A stretch of 64,000 nucleotides of DNA from an uncultured Actinomycetes bacterium (GTDB lineage Bacteria; Actinomycetota; Thermoleophilia; UBA2241). Position 1 is the stretch's first letter. The number at the start of each line of letters is the position of its first letter. The notes beneath the pieces were generated by a model. The model was not told where the DNA came from, searched no databases, and saw nothing but the letters and a program-made list of their open reading frames with translations. Of the stretch, positions 25,249-34,508 are shown one piece after another. The translations under genes and the position numbers were made by a program. The stretch is from positions 64,001-128,000 of the forward strand of contig CAVWIH010000034.1 of the NCBI GenBank assembly GCA_963755025.1. The letters run 5' to 3'.

Positions 25249-26068
25249 GATCGGCCTCCTTGCGGGGCGTGGGGAGTGGGGTGGCGAGAGACGTGGCGGT
25301 CGCCGCCGGCCTGCGGCCGGCCGCGGCGGTTTCTGTCGCAACGCTTGCGAGAGCGTCGACGGTGTCCGAGACGGCGCCGACCGGGCCGGCCGCGGGCCGG
25401 CCGTCGGCGTCGAGCCAGAGCACGACGTCGGCGTGGGCGGCGAGGCTCGGGTCGAGGCTGCCGGCGACGACCGTCAGTCCACCGCTCGCGAGCTCGCGCA
25501 GCCGCGCCAGGGCGATCTCGTGGTCGGCGGGCGTGAGGTCTTCGTGGACGTCGTCGACCACCAGCACGGGCGGCCGGCCGATCAGCGCCAGCGCGACGCC
25601 CAGCAGCAGCCGGTCGGCGGCGTGCAGGTCGCCGACCTTGACGCGCGCGTCGAGCTCGAGGCCGACGGGGGCGAGCGCCAGCGCGACGTCGGCGCGCGAG
25701 CGGCGCTTGCCGTGCAGAGCGAGCTCGGCCTTTACCTGGTCGCCTACCGTGAGGGTGGCGTCGAGCTCGTTGACGCCGGCGGTCTCGCCGAGGCCCACGA
25801 GGCGGCGGGCGCGCTGCGGCTGGGCGGCTGCGTCGCAGTCGCCCAGCCGCAGCGCGCCCGCGCTCGGCCGCATGCGCGCCGCCAGGGTGAGCAGCAGCGC
25901 CGTCTTGCCACAGCCGGCCGGTCCGCTGACGAGCGCCACCGAGCCCGGAGGCACGTCGAGGTCGACATCGCGGTACACCCAGCCGCTCGAAGTGAGCAGG
26001 CCAAGGCCACTGGCTGCGATCCCTCGCCGCTCGTCCCCGATCCCCCGTTGCTCGTCTGGCGTGGTCAC
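25235..26068 (-). CDS. ABC-type ATP-binding protein (divergent signature) associated with YhgE/Pip
   Basis: GPAGCGKT Walker A, LVVDD Walker B variant; overlaps the pip start. Confidence 0.75.
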   Translation of the reverse strand: MTTPDEQRGIGDERRGIAASGLGLLTSSGWVYRDVDLDVPPGSVALVSGPAGCGKTALLLTLAARMRPSAGALRLGDCDAAAQPQRARRLVGLGETAGVNELDATLTVGDQVKAELALHGKRRSRADVALALAPVGLELDARVKVGDLHAADRLLLGVALALIGRPPVLVVDDVHEDLTPADHEIALARLRELASGGLTVVAGSLDPSLAAHADVVLWLDADGRPAAGPVGAVSDTVDALASVATETAAAGRRPAATATSLATPLPTPRKEADRALV

Positions 26069-26096
26069 ACGGCACCTCCCGGTCCGGTCGTCATGA

Positions 26097-26113
26097 ACTG
26101 ACTAGTCAGTATA
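26097..26113 (-). promoter_or_regulatory. Perfect 14-bp palindrome overlapping a -10 box; probable TetR operator of the ABC-pip-tetR operon
   Basis: ACTGACTAGTCAGT (26097-26110) overlaps a minus-strand TATACT (26108-26113). Confidence 0.7.
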
Positions 26114-26321
26114 AATCGAGATTGGAGCTTGCGCAACCGTGGGGGAGGAGGGTTTCGGACAACCGCCAGCCACTGCCGGACCCCGAGGCGCGGAGGCGCC
26201 CGCGGCGCTCCAGTTGCCGGGGCGTCGACGCAGCGCCGGGCGCGCTCTTGGGTCCGGCGCGCGCACCTACGGCTGTACGGCTGGCAGGCCGCCGGAGGTC
26301 TGCTATAATCCCTACTCTCGT

Positions 26322-26398
26322 GGGCGACTAGCTCAGTTGCGTAGAGCGCCAGCTCGACAAGCTGGAGGTCGTTGGTTCAATTCCAACGTCGCCCACCA
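26322..26398 (+). tRNA. tRNA-Val(GAC)
   Basis: GGGCGAC/GTCGCCC acceptor stem, encoded CCA, anticodon arm CCAGC-TCGACAA-GCTGG, GGTTCAATTCC T-arm; TGcTATAAT promoter at 26301-26309. Confidence 0.9.
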
Positions 26399-26504
26399 TT
26401 CTTACTCTCGACACCTGACCCCGGGATCGTCGGAGTGCACCGAAACGCCGTTTACGATTCTGCGCGGCCACGTTCGCGTTCCGGGCGATCGGCGCCCGAG
26501 TCTC

Positions 26505-26936
26505 CTACCTGCCGACGGTAAAGTTGCCTGAGGCGATCAGGTTCTTGGCCACCAGGTCGCGAGCGGGGAACTGGAGGTACTTGGTCGCGCGGGTCGCTTC
26601 GGCGTAGACGAAGTACCGGTAGCCGCCGGGATGCAGGTCCTTGAACCAGTCGAACGCCGTCCCACCGCCGGCGCCGTCCTGAAGCAGCGTGCAGCCCCAG
26701 AGCTTGCGGTGGCCGTCGGGGAAGCGGAGGACCGTGGCCGCCAGGCCTATGCCGCTGCCGTGCGACGCGATGGTGATCGAGTCGCGCCGATTCGCCTCGA
26801 ACGTGACGCTGACGCGAGGCAGATGAAGAGAAGAGGCGCAGGACGCTGTACCGGCGAGTACGGCTGCTGCGGCGACCACGGCGACCAAACGTCTCAGATG
26901 CAACGTCCCTCCCGTGAGACTCACCCCTTGCACCAT
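26505..26936 (-). CDS. Hypothetical secreted protein (start uncertain)
   Basis: Signal-like RRLVAVVAAAAVLAG followed by a beta-rich domain. Confidence 0.45.
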   Translation of the reverse strand: MVQGVSLTGGTLHLRRLVAVVAAAAVLAGTASCASSLHLPRVSVTFEANRRDSITIASHGSGIGLAATVLRFPDGHRKLWGCTLLQDGAGGGTAFDWFKDLHPGGYRYFVYAEATRATKYLQFPARDLVAKNLIASGNFTVGR

Positions 26937-27105
26937 CTTGCGAGAGATATCCTACTACCATCACCAGAGTCGTGCCGGCCGGCCGCCAGCCCGCATGGCT
27001 GGGACCTGGCCATTCAGGTGCGGCCCGACCCGTGCCGATACTCATCCCGCGTACGGGGCATCGCAGGCCAGCCCCTTGACCGGCCCGCCCACCCGGGGGA
27101 CCACG

Positions 27106-27810
27106 GTGAAGATCACAGAACAGAGCGACTCGAAGATGGTGGCGCTGCGCTCGCCCTACAGCCAGATGGCCATGGGCGCGGTCTTCATCGCCGGCGGGGT
27201 CTGCGTGATGGTCACCGCCTACCGGCACAGCTCGGTCGTGGCGATGCTCGTCTGCCTGGCCCTCGCCCTGTTCGGCGTCTACGAGATCCTCACCGCAAAG
27301 CGCGTCACCCTGGTCGCCGACCTGTCGTCGGCCACGGTGTCGGCCGCCTGGCGTTCGCTGCTGGGCTCCGGCGAGCGGTCGGCCGGCATCGCCGACGTCG
27401 ACCGCATCACCTACCGCGAGTTCACCTCGACGGAGCGCACGACCCGTGGTCCGCGCACGACGCGGCAGGACACCTCCATGCTCGTCCTCAAAGACGGCAC
27501 GAGCTTCCTGCTCGACAAGGAACAGACGTCGGTCCGCGGCTGGTTCCAGACTCTGGGGAACTCGAGCGACGAAGGGGTCGACAGGGCGCTCTCCGATCTC
27601 ATCGGCGTGCCGTTCGCCTCCAATGGGATCACGCACACGCCACTCACGGCGCCGTCAGCCGCGCTCGGCTCCGAGCAGGTGCAGACGCAAGCGCTCACGC
27701 CTCCTGCACCCGCGGCGTCTCCACTGGCGTCGCCGGCCGCGCCGCTCACCGGGCCGGGCTCCTCTCCGTATTGGAACTCCACGCCGCCACCGTGGGCGCG
27801 CTCGAAGTAG
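27106..27810 (+). CDS. Hypothetical membrane protein (2 TM + bPH-like domain, Pro-rich tail)
   Basis: GTG after GGGGGA; two hydrophobic helices; GC3-biased codons. Confidence 0.6.
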   Translation: MKITEQSDSKMVALRSPYSQMAMGAVFIAGGVCVMVTAYRHSSVVAMLVCLALALFGVYEILTAKRVTLVADLSSATVSAAWRSLLGSGERSAGIADVDRITYREFTSTERTTRGPRTTRQDTSMLVLKDGTSFLLDKEQTSVRGWFQTLGNSSDEGVDRALSDLIGVPFASNGITHTPLTAPSAALGSEQVQTQALTPPAPAASPLASPAAPLTGPGSSPYWNSTPPPWARSK

Positions 27811-27946
27811 CTCGCCGCGGCGGCAGCCCCGGTCCTGTTGTCGGAGATCGGGTCGCCGACCGCGTCCGCGCCGGGCTCGCCGCCCCAGCCCGCAGTTGTA
27901 TGATTCTCGGTGGCAGGTGACCGTGTCGTCGAGCGCAGGAGCAGGC

Positions 27947-29167
27947 ATGATGGCGAGTGTCTTGATCGAGGCGATGGCGCGCGCCATCGAAGAAGTCCGC
28001 AAGATGCCCGAGAAGGTCGTGCAGGTCTTTCACCACAACGACTCCGACGGCCTCACCTCGGGCGCCATCCTCACGCGCGCCTTCGAGCGCGAGGGCTTCG
28101 CGGTGCGGCGCTTCTGCCTCGAAAAGCCGTACCCGGCCGTGCTCGAGAAGGTCTACGAGCAAGAGGGCAAGCTGATCGTCTTCGCCGACTTCGCCGGCCG
28201 CATCGCGCCGCTGCTCTCCGAGTTGAATCAGGGCCGCAACCTCACCCTGATCCTCGACCACCACGTCGCCGAACCCTCGACCGACCCGCGCGTCATCAAC
28301 CTCGACCCCGATCTCTTCGGCCTCAAGGGCGACCGCGACATCTCGGGTTCGGTGACCTGCTACCTGTTCGCGATCACGCTCGACCCCGCCAACCGCGACC
28401 TCGCCCACGTGGCGACCGTGGGGGCGGTGGGCGACGGCTTCTTCATCGACGGCGCGCTGGTGAGCGAGAACCGCAACGTCGCCGTCGAGGCCGAGCGCCA
28501 GGGCCTGGTCGAGATCGTGCCACTCGACCACGGCGAGCAGTACCTGCTGAAAAGCTCCAACGGCCGGCTGCCCGTCATCGACTTCGGCGACTACCTCGAC
28601 GTGCTCGGCGGAGTGGGCTACTACAACAAGGGTCCCGACGTGGGCATCACCGCCTGCCTCGAGGGCGTCTCGGCCGCGTCCGACCGCATGGTCGACGAGC
28701 TCAAGGCCGTGCGCACCAGGCTCTTCGACGCCGAGATCGCCGCGCTCAAGGCGGGCGCCATGCACCAGGCGCCGCACATCCAGTGGTTCCATCTGCAGCG
28801 CCGCTTCTTTCCGATGGGCGTCAAGATGGTCGGCGCCTTCTGCGACGCCATCAGGTTCACCGACCTGATCGACCCCGACAAGTACCTGGCCGGCTTTCAG
28901 GTCGTGCCCGACGAGATCCCGGGGTTCGGCGCCATCGACTTCAACCAGGTCAAGGTCTCCATGCGCTGCTCGCCGGCCATGGAAGACGAGATCCGCGCCA
29001 AGCGGGCGATGGGGCTCAACGTCCTGCTGCCCGAAGCGACGCAGCGGCTCGGGGGGTTCTCCGACGCCTGTCACAGCCTGACGGCCGCCACCACGGTGGC
29101 CATCGGTAAAGAGGAGCGCCTGATCGGCGAAATGGAATCGATCCTGGACGGGGAAGCGCATGGCTAA
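27947..29167 (+). CDS. DHH-family phosphoesterase
   Basis: HHNDSDG (motif I), FADF, ILDHH, GAVGD, and a DHHA1-like KVSMR...SDACH; AGGAG SD. Confidence 0.8.
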   Translation: MMASVLIEAMARAIEEVRKMPEKVVQVFHHNDSDGLTSGAILTRAFEREGFAVRRFCLEKPYPAVLEKVYEQEGKLIVFADFAGRIAPLLSELNQGRNLTLILDHHVAEPSTDPRVINLDPDLFGLKGDRDISGSVTCYLFAITLDPANRDLAHVATVGAVGDGFFIDGALVSENRNVAVEAERQGLVEIVPLDHGEQYLLKSSNGRLPVIDFGDYLDVLGGVGYYNKGPDVGITACLEGVSAASDRMVDELKAVRTRLFDAEIAALKAGAMHQAPHIQWFHLQRRFFPMGVKMVGAFCDAIRFTDLIDPDKYLAGFQVVPDEIPGFGAIDFNQVKVSMRCSPAMEDEIRAKRAMGLNVLLPEATQRLGGFSDACHSLTAATTVAIGKEERLIGEMESILDGEAHG

Positions 29168-30095
29168 GGGAACTGGGTTCGGCAAGACGATCCTGATCGG
29201 CGATCAGTTCGTGCTCGACGAGGTACCGGCGATCGTCTCGTCGATCCCCTTCGTGACAGAGACGACGGTCGAGCGGATCGACGGCGAGGGCTGGGTGCTG
29301 CAGGACGACCGCATCGAGGTGCCGGGCTACAAGGCGAAGAAGGCCGAGCAGCAGGGCCAGTCGATCGACCGCATCCTCGACGTCATGGGCATCGACGCCA
29401 CAAAGACGCCGATCAAGATCACCGTGGCGGGCACCTTGCTGGCCGGCAGCGGCGTGGGGGCGAGCGCCGCCATCTGCGTCTCGCTGGCGCGCGCCCTGAA
29501 CGCCGAGTTCGAGCTCGGCCTGCCCATCGAAGAGATCAACCGCGTCGCCTGGCAGGGCGAGTTTCCCTACCACGGCGTGGCGAGCGGCGTCGATAACACC
29601 GCCTCCACCTACGGCGGCATGCTGCTCTTCTGGCTCAAGGACGGCAAGCAGAACTTCGAGCGCGTGGCGACGCCCAAGCCCTTCGAGATCGTGCTGGCCA
29701 ACAGCGGCGTCACGGTCAACACGGCGGCCCTCGACGAGTTCCTCGACGCCCAGAAGAGCGGCGAGCCCGAGCTCTTTGCGGCTCGCCTCAAGAAGCTCAC
29801 CGGCCAGGTCTTCGAGATGAAGGCGGCGCTCGAGGCCGGCGACCTTCCGGCCATGGGCCAGATCATGACCGACAACCACAGCCTGCTGATCGACATGCAG
29901 ATGTCGCACCCCACGCTCGACGAGATGTGCAAGACGGCCCTCGCCAACGGCGCCCTGGGCGCCAAGGTCACAGGCGGCGGCCGCGGCGGCTACATGGTCT
30001 CGCTGACTCCCGGCAAGGAGCTCCAGGAGAAGGTCGCCGCCGACTTCGAGAAGGCGGGGCACAAGGTCATCCGCACCACCATCGGCGGCAGTTGA
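29160..30095 (+). CDS. GHMP kinase, mevalonate-kinase-like
   Basis: GKTILIGDQFV, GSGVGASAA ATP loop, HG.ASGVDN, GALGAKVTGGGRGG. Confidence 0.8.
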   Translation: MAKGTGFGKTILIGDQFVLDEVPAIVSSIPFVTETTVERIDGEGWVLQDDRIEVPGYKAKKAEQQGQSIDRILDVMGIDATKTPIKITVAGTLLAGSGVGASAAICVSLARALNAEFELGLPIEEINRVAWQGEFPYHGVASGVDNTASTYGGMLLFWLKDGKQNFERVATPKPFEIVLANSGVTVNTAALDEFLDAQKSGEPELFAARLKKLTGQVFEMKAALEAGDLPAMGQIMTDNHSLLIDMQMSHPTLDEMCKTALANGALGAKVTGGGRGGYMVSLTPGKELQEKVAADFEKAGHKVIRTTIGGS

Positions 30096-30168
30096 CGTTC
30101 TGAGGGCCGGCGGCAGCGGACGTTCCGAACGTGCGCGCGCGGCCGGCGGCTTCGCCGCCGGCCGCGCG

Positions 30169-30831
30169 CTACGAGATCTCCTGCCAGCCGTCGGCCGTCT
30201 TGTCGCGCGCAAAGATGCCGGCGACCGCGAAGATCGCGTCGGTCGCCAGACCGGCGGCGTCGTCGACCACCATGCCCCCACCGTAGCGGCCGTAGTGTAG
30301 GGGCGCCGACACCGTGCCCGGCGTCTCCAGAGCGACGTCACTGGCCTCGAGCTCGGCCTGGTCAGCCCGCGGGAGGGTGACCACGTTCTGCAGGATGGGG
30401 TCGGACCAGGCGCCGGCGTCGTCTTGGACGAAGATGGTGTAGTGGTAGGTGTGGCGCGGCCGCAAGCCGTCGTCGACGAACCGGTCGTTGACCCGGTCGA
30501 AGACACAGAGCTGGTCGCCCGCGCGGTCGTCTGGACGCCGTGCACATCGCGTGTCGGACCGCAGGATGCGCAGACGGTGCTGGCGCCCTCGCCGCCACAG
30601 CCAGGCGAAGGTCACGCTCGCGCCGTCGGTGCGGTAGGCGAGCCGCTCGAGCGATGACGGCAGAGTCCGCGCGACGTGCTTCTCACGCCGCCCCGCGTAG
30701 ACCAAGAAGGCGAGACACAGCACGCCGACCACGGCGAACGGCGCCCAGGCAAAACCTGAGCGCAGCAAGAAGGCAAGAAAGCAGGATCCGATGATGCCTG
30801 CAAACGCAAGGCCCCGCGCCAACCTGCCCAT
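30169..30831 (-). CDS. Hypothetical membrane protein with FN3-like segment
   Basis: Two N-terminal TMs; FVDDGLRPRHTYHYTIF...GAWS resembles FN3. Confidence 0.55.
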   Translation of the reverse strand: MGRLARGLAFAGIIGSCFLAFLLRSGFAWAPFAVVGVLCLAFLVYAGRREKHVARTLPSSLERLAYRTDGASVTFAWLWRRGRQHRLRILRSDTRCARRPDDRAGDQLCVFDRVNDRFVDDGLRPRHTYHYTIFVQDDAGAWSDPILQNVVTLPRADQAELEASDVALETPGTVSAPLHYGRYGGGMVVDDAAGLATDAIFAVAGIFARDKTADGWQEIS

Positions 30832-31031
30832 GACCCCCCGTTTGCTTTGTTCGAGCCGCGCCCGCGTCGCGCTCCCGCGTGCGACGAAGTGCCGTCATCA
30901 TATGCCCGCGCGCGGCCGCGCGCCCGGTCGCCGCGCACACGACCGCGCGCCCGATTCCCGTGCACTGCGCGGTTTGGTCGCCCCCGCCCGGGGGCATCGC
31001 CAAGGCAGTCCCTCCAAGCAAAGGAGCCGCC

Positions 31032-31322
31032 ATGAATCGCGCGCGATTCCTCATTGTGGCGCCGCACCGTCCCGAAGAGTGCCTCGATGCGGTCGAGGCC
31101 ACGATCAACCAGGGGCCGGGCTTTCAGGAGGCCTACGACTGGGGCTGCTTCGTCGGCAACCACACGGGCTACCTGTTCGTGCGCGCGGGCGGCTCGCAGG
31201 AGGCCATCGACGACTACGTGCCGGCGTTTCTGCGCTCGCGGGCGACCGCCTACCGGGTCACCCAGATCAGGGCTCGCGACCTGTACGACCTGCGCGACCG
31301 TGAGCTCAGGCGCAGCGCCTGA
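31032..31322 (+). CDS. Small hypothetical protein (H..EEC...WGC..G.H motif)
   Basis: AAGGAG SD; conserved-looking His/Cys pattern. Confidence 0.6.
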   Translation: MNRARFLIVAPHRPEECLDAVEATINQGPGFQEAYDWGCFVGNHTGYLFVRAGGSQEAIDDYVPAFLRSRATAYRVTQIRARDLYDLRDRELRRSA

Positions 31323-31412
31323 CCGACGCGCGCGGCGGGCTGTGGTGCGGCTGCGGGTTCGCGGGGCTTTGTCGGGGTTGCGCAACGCAAGCGCCCGAGC
31401 GCCGCGGGCGCG

Positions 31413-31919
31413 CTACGTCGTAGGCACCCAGAAGTGGAGCTCGTCGTCGTCGCGGCCGGCGTAGGCGCCGCCGTTGGCCTCGATCACCCGCCGCGAGATC
31501 GCGTTGCTCACGTCGCAGGTGACGAGGGCGGGGTCGATCCCCATGGCGGCCGCCAGCGGCAGCGCCGCGGCCAGCATGGCGGTGGCGTGGCCGGCGTGGC
31601 GCCGGCTCGGTCTGATCTCGTAGCCTATGTGGCCGCCGATGCGGCGCAGCCCGGCGTTCAGGCGGTGGCGTATGGCGATGCGACCGATGTACTGGTCGTC
31701 CTCGACCCACCACAGGTTGGTCTGCGGCACGCGGCCTGAGCGGTCGAGCGCCAGCAGGTGTTCTTCGGCGCGCAGGGCGGCGACGTAGCGCGCGAAGGTG
31801 GCGGGGTCGCGCAGCGTGGCCACGCCGAGCTCGAGGTGACGGCGCTCGTCGTGGTACTCGGCGAGGGCCGAGAGAAACGAGAGCTGGTACTCGATCGCTG
31901 GGGCAACGAGCTGCGGCAT
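31413..31919 (-). CDS. GNAT N-acetyltransferase
   Basis: IRHRLN..L...GGHIGYEIRPSRR..GHAT, TCD..N.ISRRVIEANGG. Confidence 0.88.
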   Translation of the reverse strand: MPQLVAPAIEYQLSFLSALAEYHDERRHLELGVATLRDPATFARYVAALRAEEHLLALDRSGRVPQTNLWWVEDDQYIGRIAIRHRLNAGLRRIGGHIGYEIRPSRRHAGHATAMLAAALPLAAAMGIDPALVTCDVSNAISRRVIEANGGAYAGRDDDELHFWVPTT

Positions 31920-31998
31920 GCCCGCAACAATACGCGTGACGAGGGCCGACGCAAACAGTAGAGCCGCATGCGGGGCGGTCGGCGGCGCTTTCTTTGGC

Positions 31999-33033
31999 CT
32001 ACGCGCCGGCCGATCGAGCGGCGCGGTCGAGCTCGGCGAGCAGCTCGGCCTGGCGGTCGGCGGGCAGCAGCGAGCCCGTGATCGAGTGCCGGGCAAGCGC
32101 GACCAGGTCGTCGCGCCCGAGGTGGAGCGCCGCGGCCACCGCCAGGTAGTTGTCGACCAGGTAGCCGCCGAAGTAGGCGGGGTCGTCGGAGTTGACCGTC
32201 ACCGGCACGCCGGCGTCGAGCAGGCGCTTGAGCGGGTGGTCGGCGAGGTCGGCGACGACCCCCAGGCGCAGGTTCGACAGGGGGCACATGGTGAGGGCGA
32301 TGCGGTCGCGGGCGAGGCGCGCCACGAGCGCCGCGTCGTCGATCGCCCGCACGCCGTGGTCGATGCGCGTCACGCGCAGCACGTCGAGCGCCTCGCTCAC
32401 GTAGGCGGCGGGGCCCTCTTCGCCGGCGTGGGCCACGGCGATGAACCCGGCCGCGCGCGCCGCGGCGAAGACGTGGGCGAAGTCGCCCGGCGGGTGGCCC
32501 ACCTCGGCCGAGTCGAGGCCCACGCCCACAATGCGGTCGCGATAGGCGCGCGCCTGCTCGAGCACCTCGAGGGCGCTGGCAGGGCTCTCGTCGCGCAGAA
32601 AGCACATGATGAGCCGCGACGAGATGCCGAACTCGCGACGGCCTTCGTCGAGAGCCGCGCAGATGCCGGCGACGACCTCGTCGAAGGCCACGCCGCGCAC
32701 GAGGTGGCTCTGTGGGTCGAAGAAGATCTCAACGTGGCGCGTGCCGTCGGCCGCCGCGCGGCGCAGGTAGGCCGCCGTGAGCTCGTAGAAGTCGCGCTCG
32801 TGGAGCAGCACGGCCATGCCGCGGTAGTAGAGGTTGAGGAACGAGCGCAGGTCGGAGAAGCGGTAGGCGGCGCGCGCCTCGCCGGCGTTGGCGTAGGGCA
32901 CCTGCACGCCGTTGCGCGCGCCCAGGTCGAGCATGAGCTCGGGCTCGAGGGTGCCCTCGATGTGCAGGTGGAGCTCGGTCTTGGGCAGTCCGCGCACGAA
33001 GCGCGCGAGGTCGGCTGCCGGTGAGGCGGCCAC
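31999..33033 (-). CDS. add: Adenosine/adenine deaminase
   Basis: PKTELHLHIEGTLEPE, HAGEEG, RIDHGV, CPLSN, NSDDPAYF. Confidence 0.92.
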   Translation of the reverse strand: MAASPAADLARFVRGLPKTELHLHIEGTLEPELMLDLGARNGVQVPYANAGEARAAYRFSDLRSFLNLYYRGMAVLLHERDFYELTAAYLRRAAADGTRHVEIFFDPQSHLVRGVAFDEVVAGICAALDEGRREFGISSRLIMCFLRDESPASALEVLEQARAYRDRIVGVGLDSAEVGHPPGDFAHVFAAARAAGFIAVAHAGEEGPAAYVSEALDVLRVTRIDHGVRAIDDAALVARLARDRIALTMCPLSNLRLGVVADLADHPLKRLLDAGVPVTVNSDDPAYFGGYLVDNYLAVAAALHLGRDDLVALARHSITGSLLPADRQAELLAELDRAARSAGA

Positions 33034-33035
33034 GG

Positions 33036-34215
33036 CTACTGGCTCCGGCCGCGTCCGGCCACGGCCCACAGGTCGATCAGCCGTCCGGCGCGCATGACGT
33101 GGAACTGGTCGTAGAGGTTGACGGTGGTGCAGCCGTGGCGCGGCACGAGGGCGATCTTGTCGCCCACGGCGAGGCCGCGCGCCGCGCCGCTCACGGCGAG
33201 CTCGCCGTGCTCTTCTGAGAAGTCGAGCCACCGCGCGCCGTCGACCAGCACGGCGGGGTCGCCGAACTCCGGGGTGACCGCCTTGAGGCCGGCGTCGATC
33301 ACCGCGCGGTCGGGCCGCGGGCGGCTGATGACCGTGGCGAGCACGGTGAGGGCGTTCTCGAAGTCGGCGCCGCCGACCGACCGGTACTGCGCGTCCATGG
33401 TGGCGTACGAGCCGCACTGCAGCTCGGTCATCCACGGCAGCCGGCCGGTCACCATGTGCGTGCCGGTGCCCCCGCCGCTGACCTCGGCGACCGCCAGGCC
33501 GCCGGCCTCGATCGCCTCTTTGGCGGCCAGGGCGAGGCGCAGGTCGTGCTCGGCGCGCGCCACGCGGTCGGCGAGCGGCGTCACGTTCTGCAGGTGGCCC
33601 TCGTAGGTCTGCAAGCCGCCGAACGTGAGGCCCGGCGACTCGGTGATGAGCCGGGCCAGCGCCAGCGCCGCCCGGCCGTCGGCCACGCCGCAGCGCGCCA
33701 TGCCTATGTCGACCTCGACATAACAGCGGATGCCGACGCCGGCCGCGGCCGCGGCCGGCGAGAGCTGGGCCACGTTGCCGGGATCGTCGACCGCCACGGT
33801 GAGCGCGCAGCGGCGCGCGAGCGCCACCAGGCGGGCGATCTTGATGGGCCCCGACGATCTCGTTGGCGATGAGGATGTCGGTGATGCCGCCGTCGGCCAG
33901 GGCCTCGGCCTCGCCGACCTTGGCGCAGGTGATGCCCACTGCGCCGGCGGCGAGCTGCAGGGCCGCGACCTGCACGCACTTGTGGGTCTTGGCGTGCGGC
34001 CGCAGCTTCGCCGGGCCGCCGGCGGCAAAGGCCGCCATGCGCGCCACGTTGCGCTCGAGCTTGTCGTGGTCGAGCAGCAGCGCTGGCGTGTCGATCTGGG
34101 CCGGGCCGACGCCCAGCGGGGCGCGGTAGGTCGGCGTGGCTGTGGCGCCGGGGGCGGCGGCCGGGCCGGCAAAGCTGGGGTGAGCGGTGTCGGGCGTGGG
34201 GTGGTCGGCGGACAT
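33036..34215 (-). CDS. DSD1/D-threonine aldolase-family PLP enzyme (apparent frameshift near 33850)
   Basis: TPALLLD, RPHAKTHK (PLP Lys), RCGV, YEGH, SGGGTGT, SEEHG, HGCTTVNL. The break falls in a G/C homopolymer. Confidence 0.85.
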
Positions 34216-34508
34216 GCGGTGGAACCTCCGTGGCTGCTGGTCGCCAGCCTATCATCGCCGGCCGAGCGCGGCCTCCGCTTGCGCGCGCGGCGGCTCTTTT
34301 CGCATCTTCCCGGCGGGGGACGCCCGTGACCCCTCGGGTGGTAAGCCGGCCCGGCGGCTCACCCCGCCACGCGTGCGGCGGTCGCGCGAAGTTCCCCCCG
34401 CGGTTGACCCTGAGTTCCACCGCCGGGGCGACGCCGCGCGCCGCGCCCGTCGCTAGCCTTCACTCAGGAGCCCGAACGGGGTGAACGCCAGAGGAGTGGG
34501 GTGCGCAA

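Noticed and set aside
31999-34215. Aldolase-adenosine deaminase fusion (738 aa)
   Set aside because: Artefact of the frameshift near 33850. The aldolase ends at 33036 and the deaminase has its own GTG at 33033.
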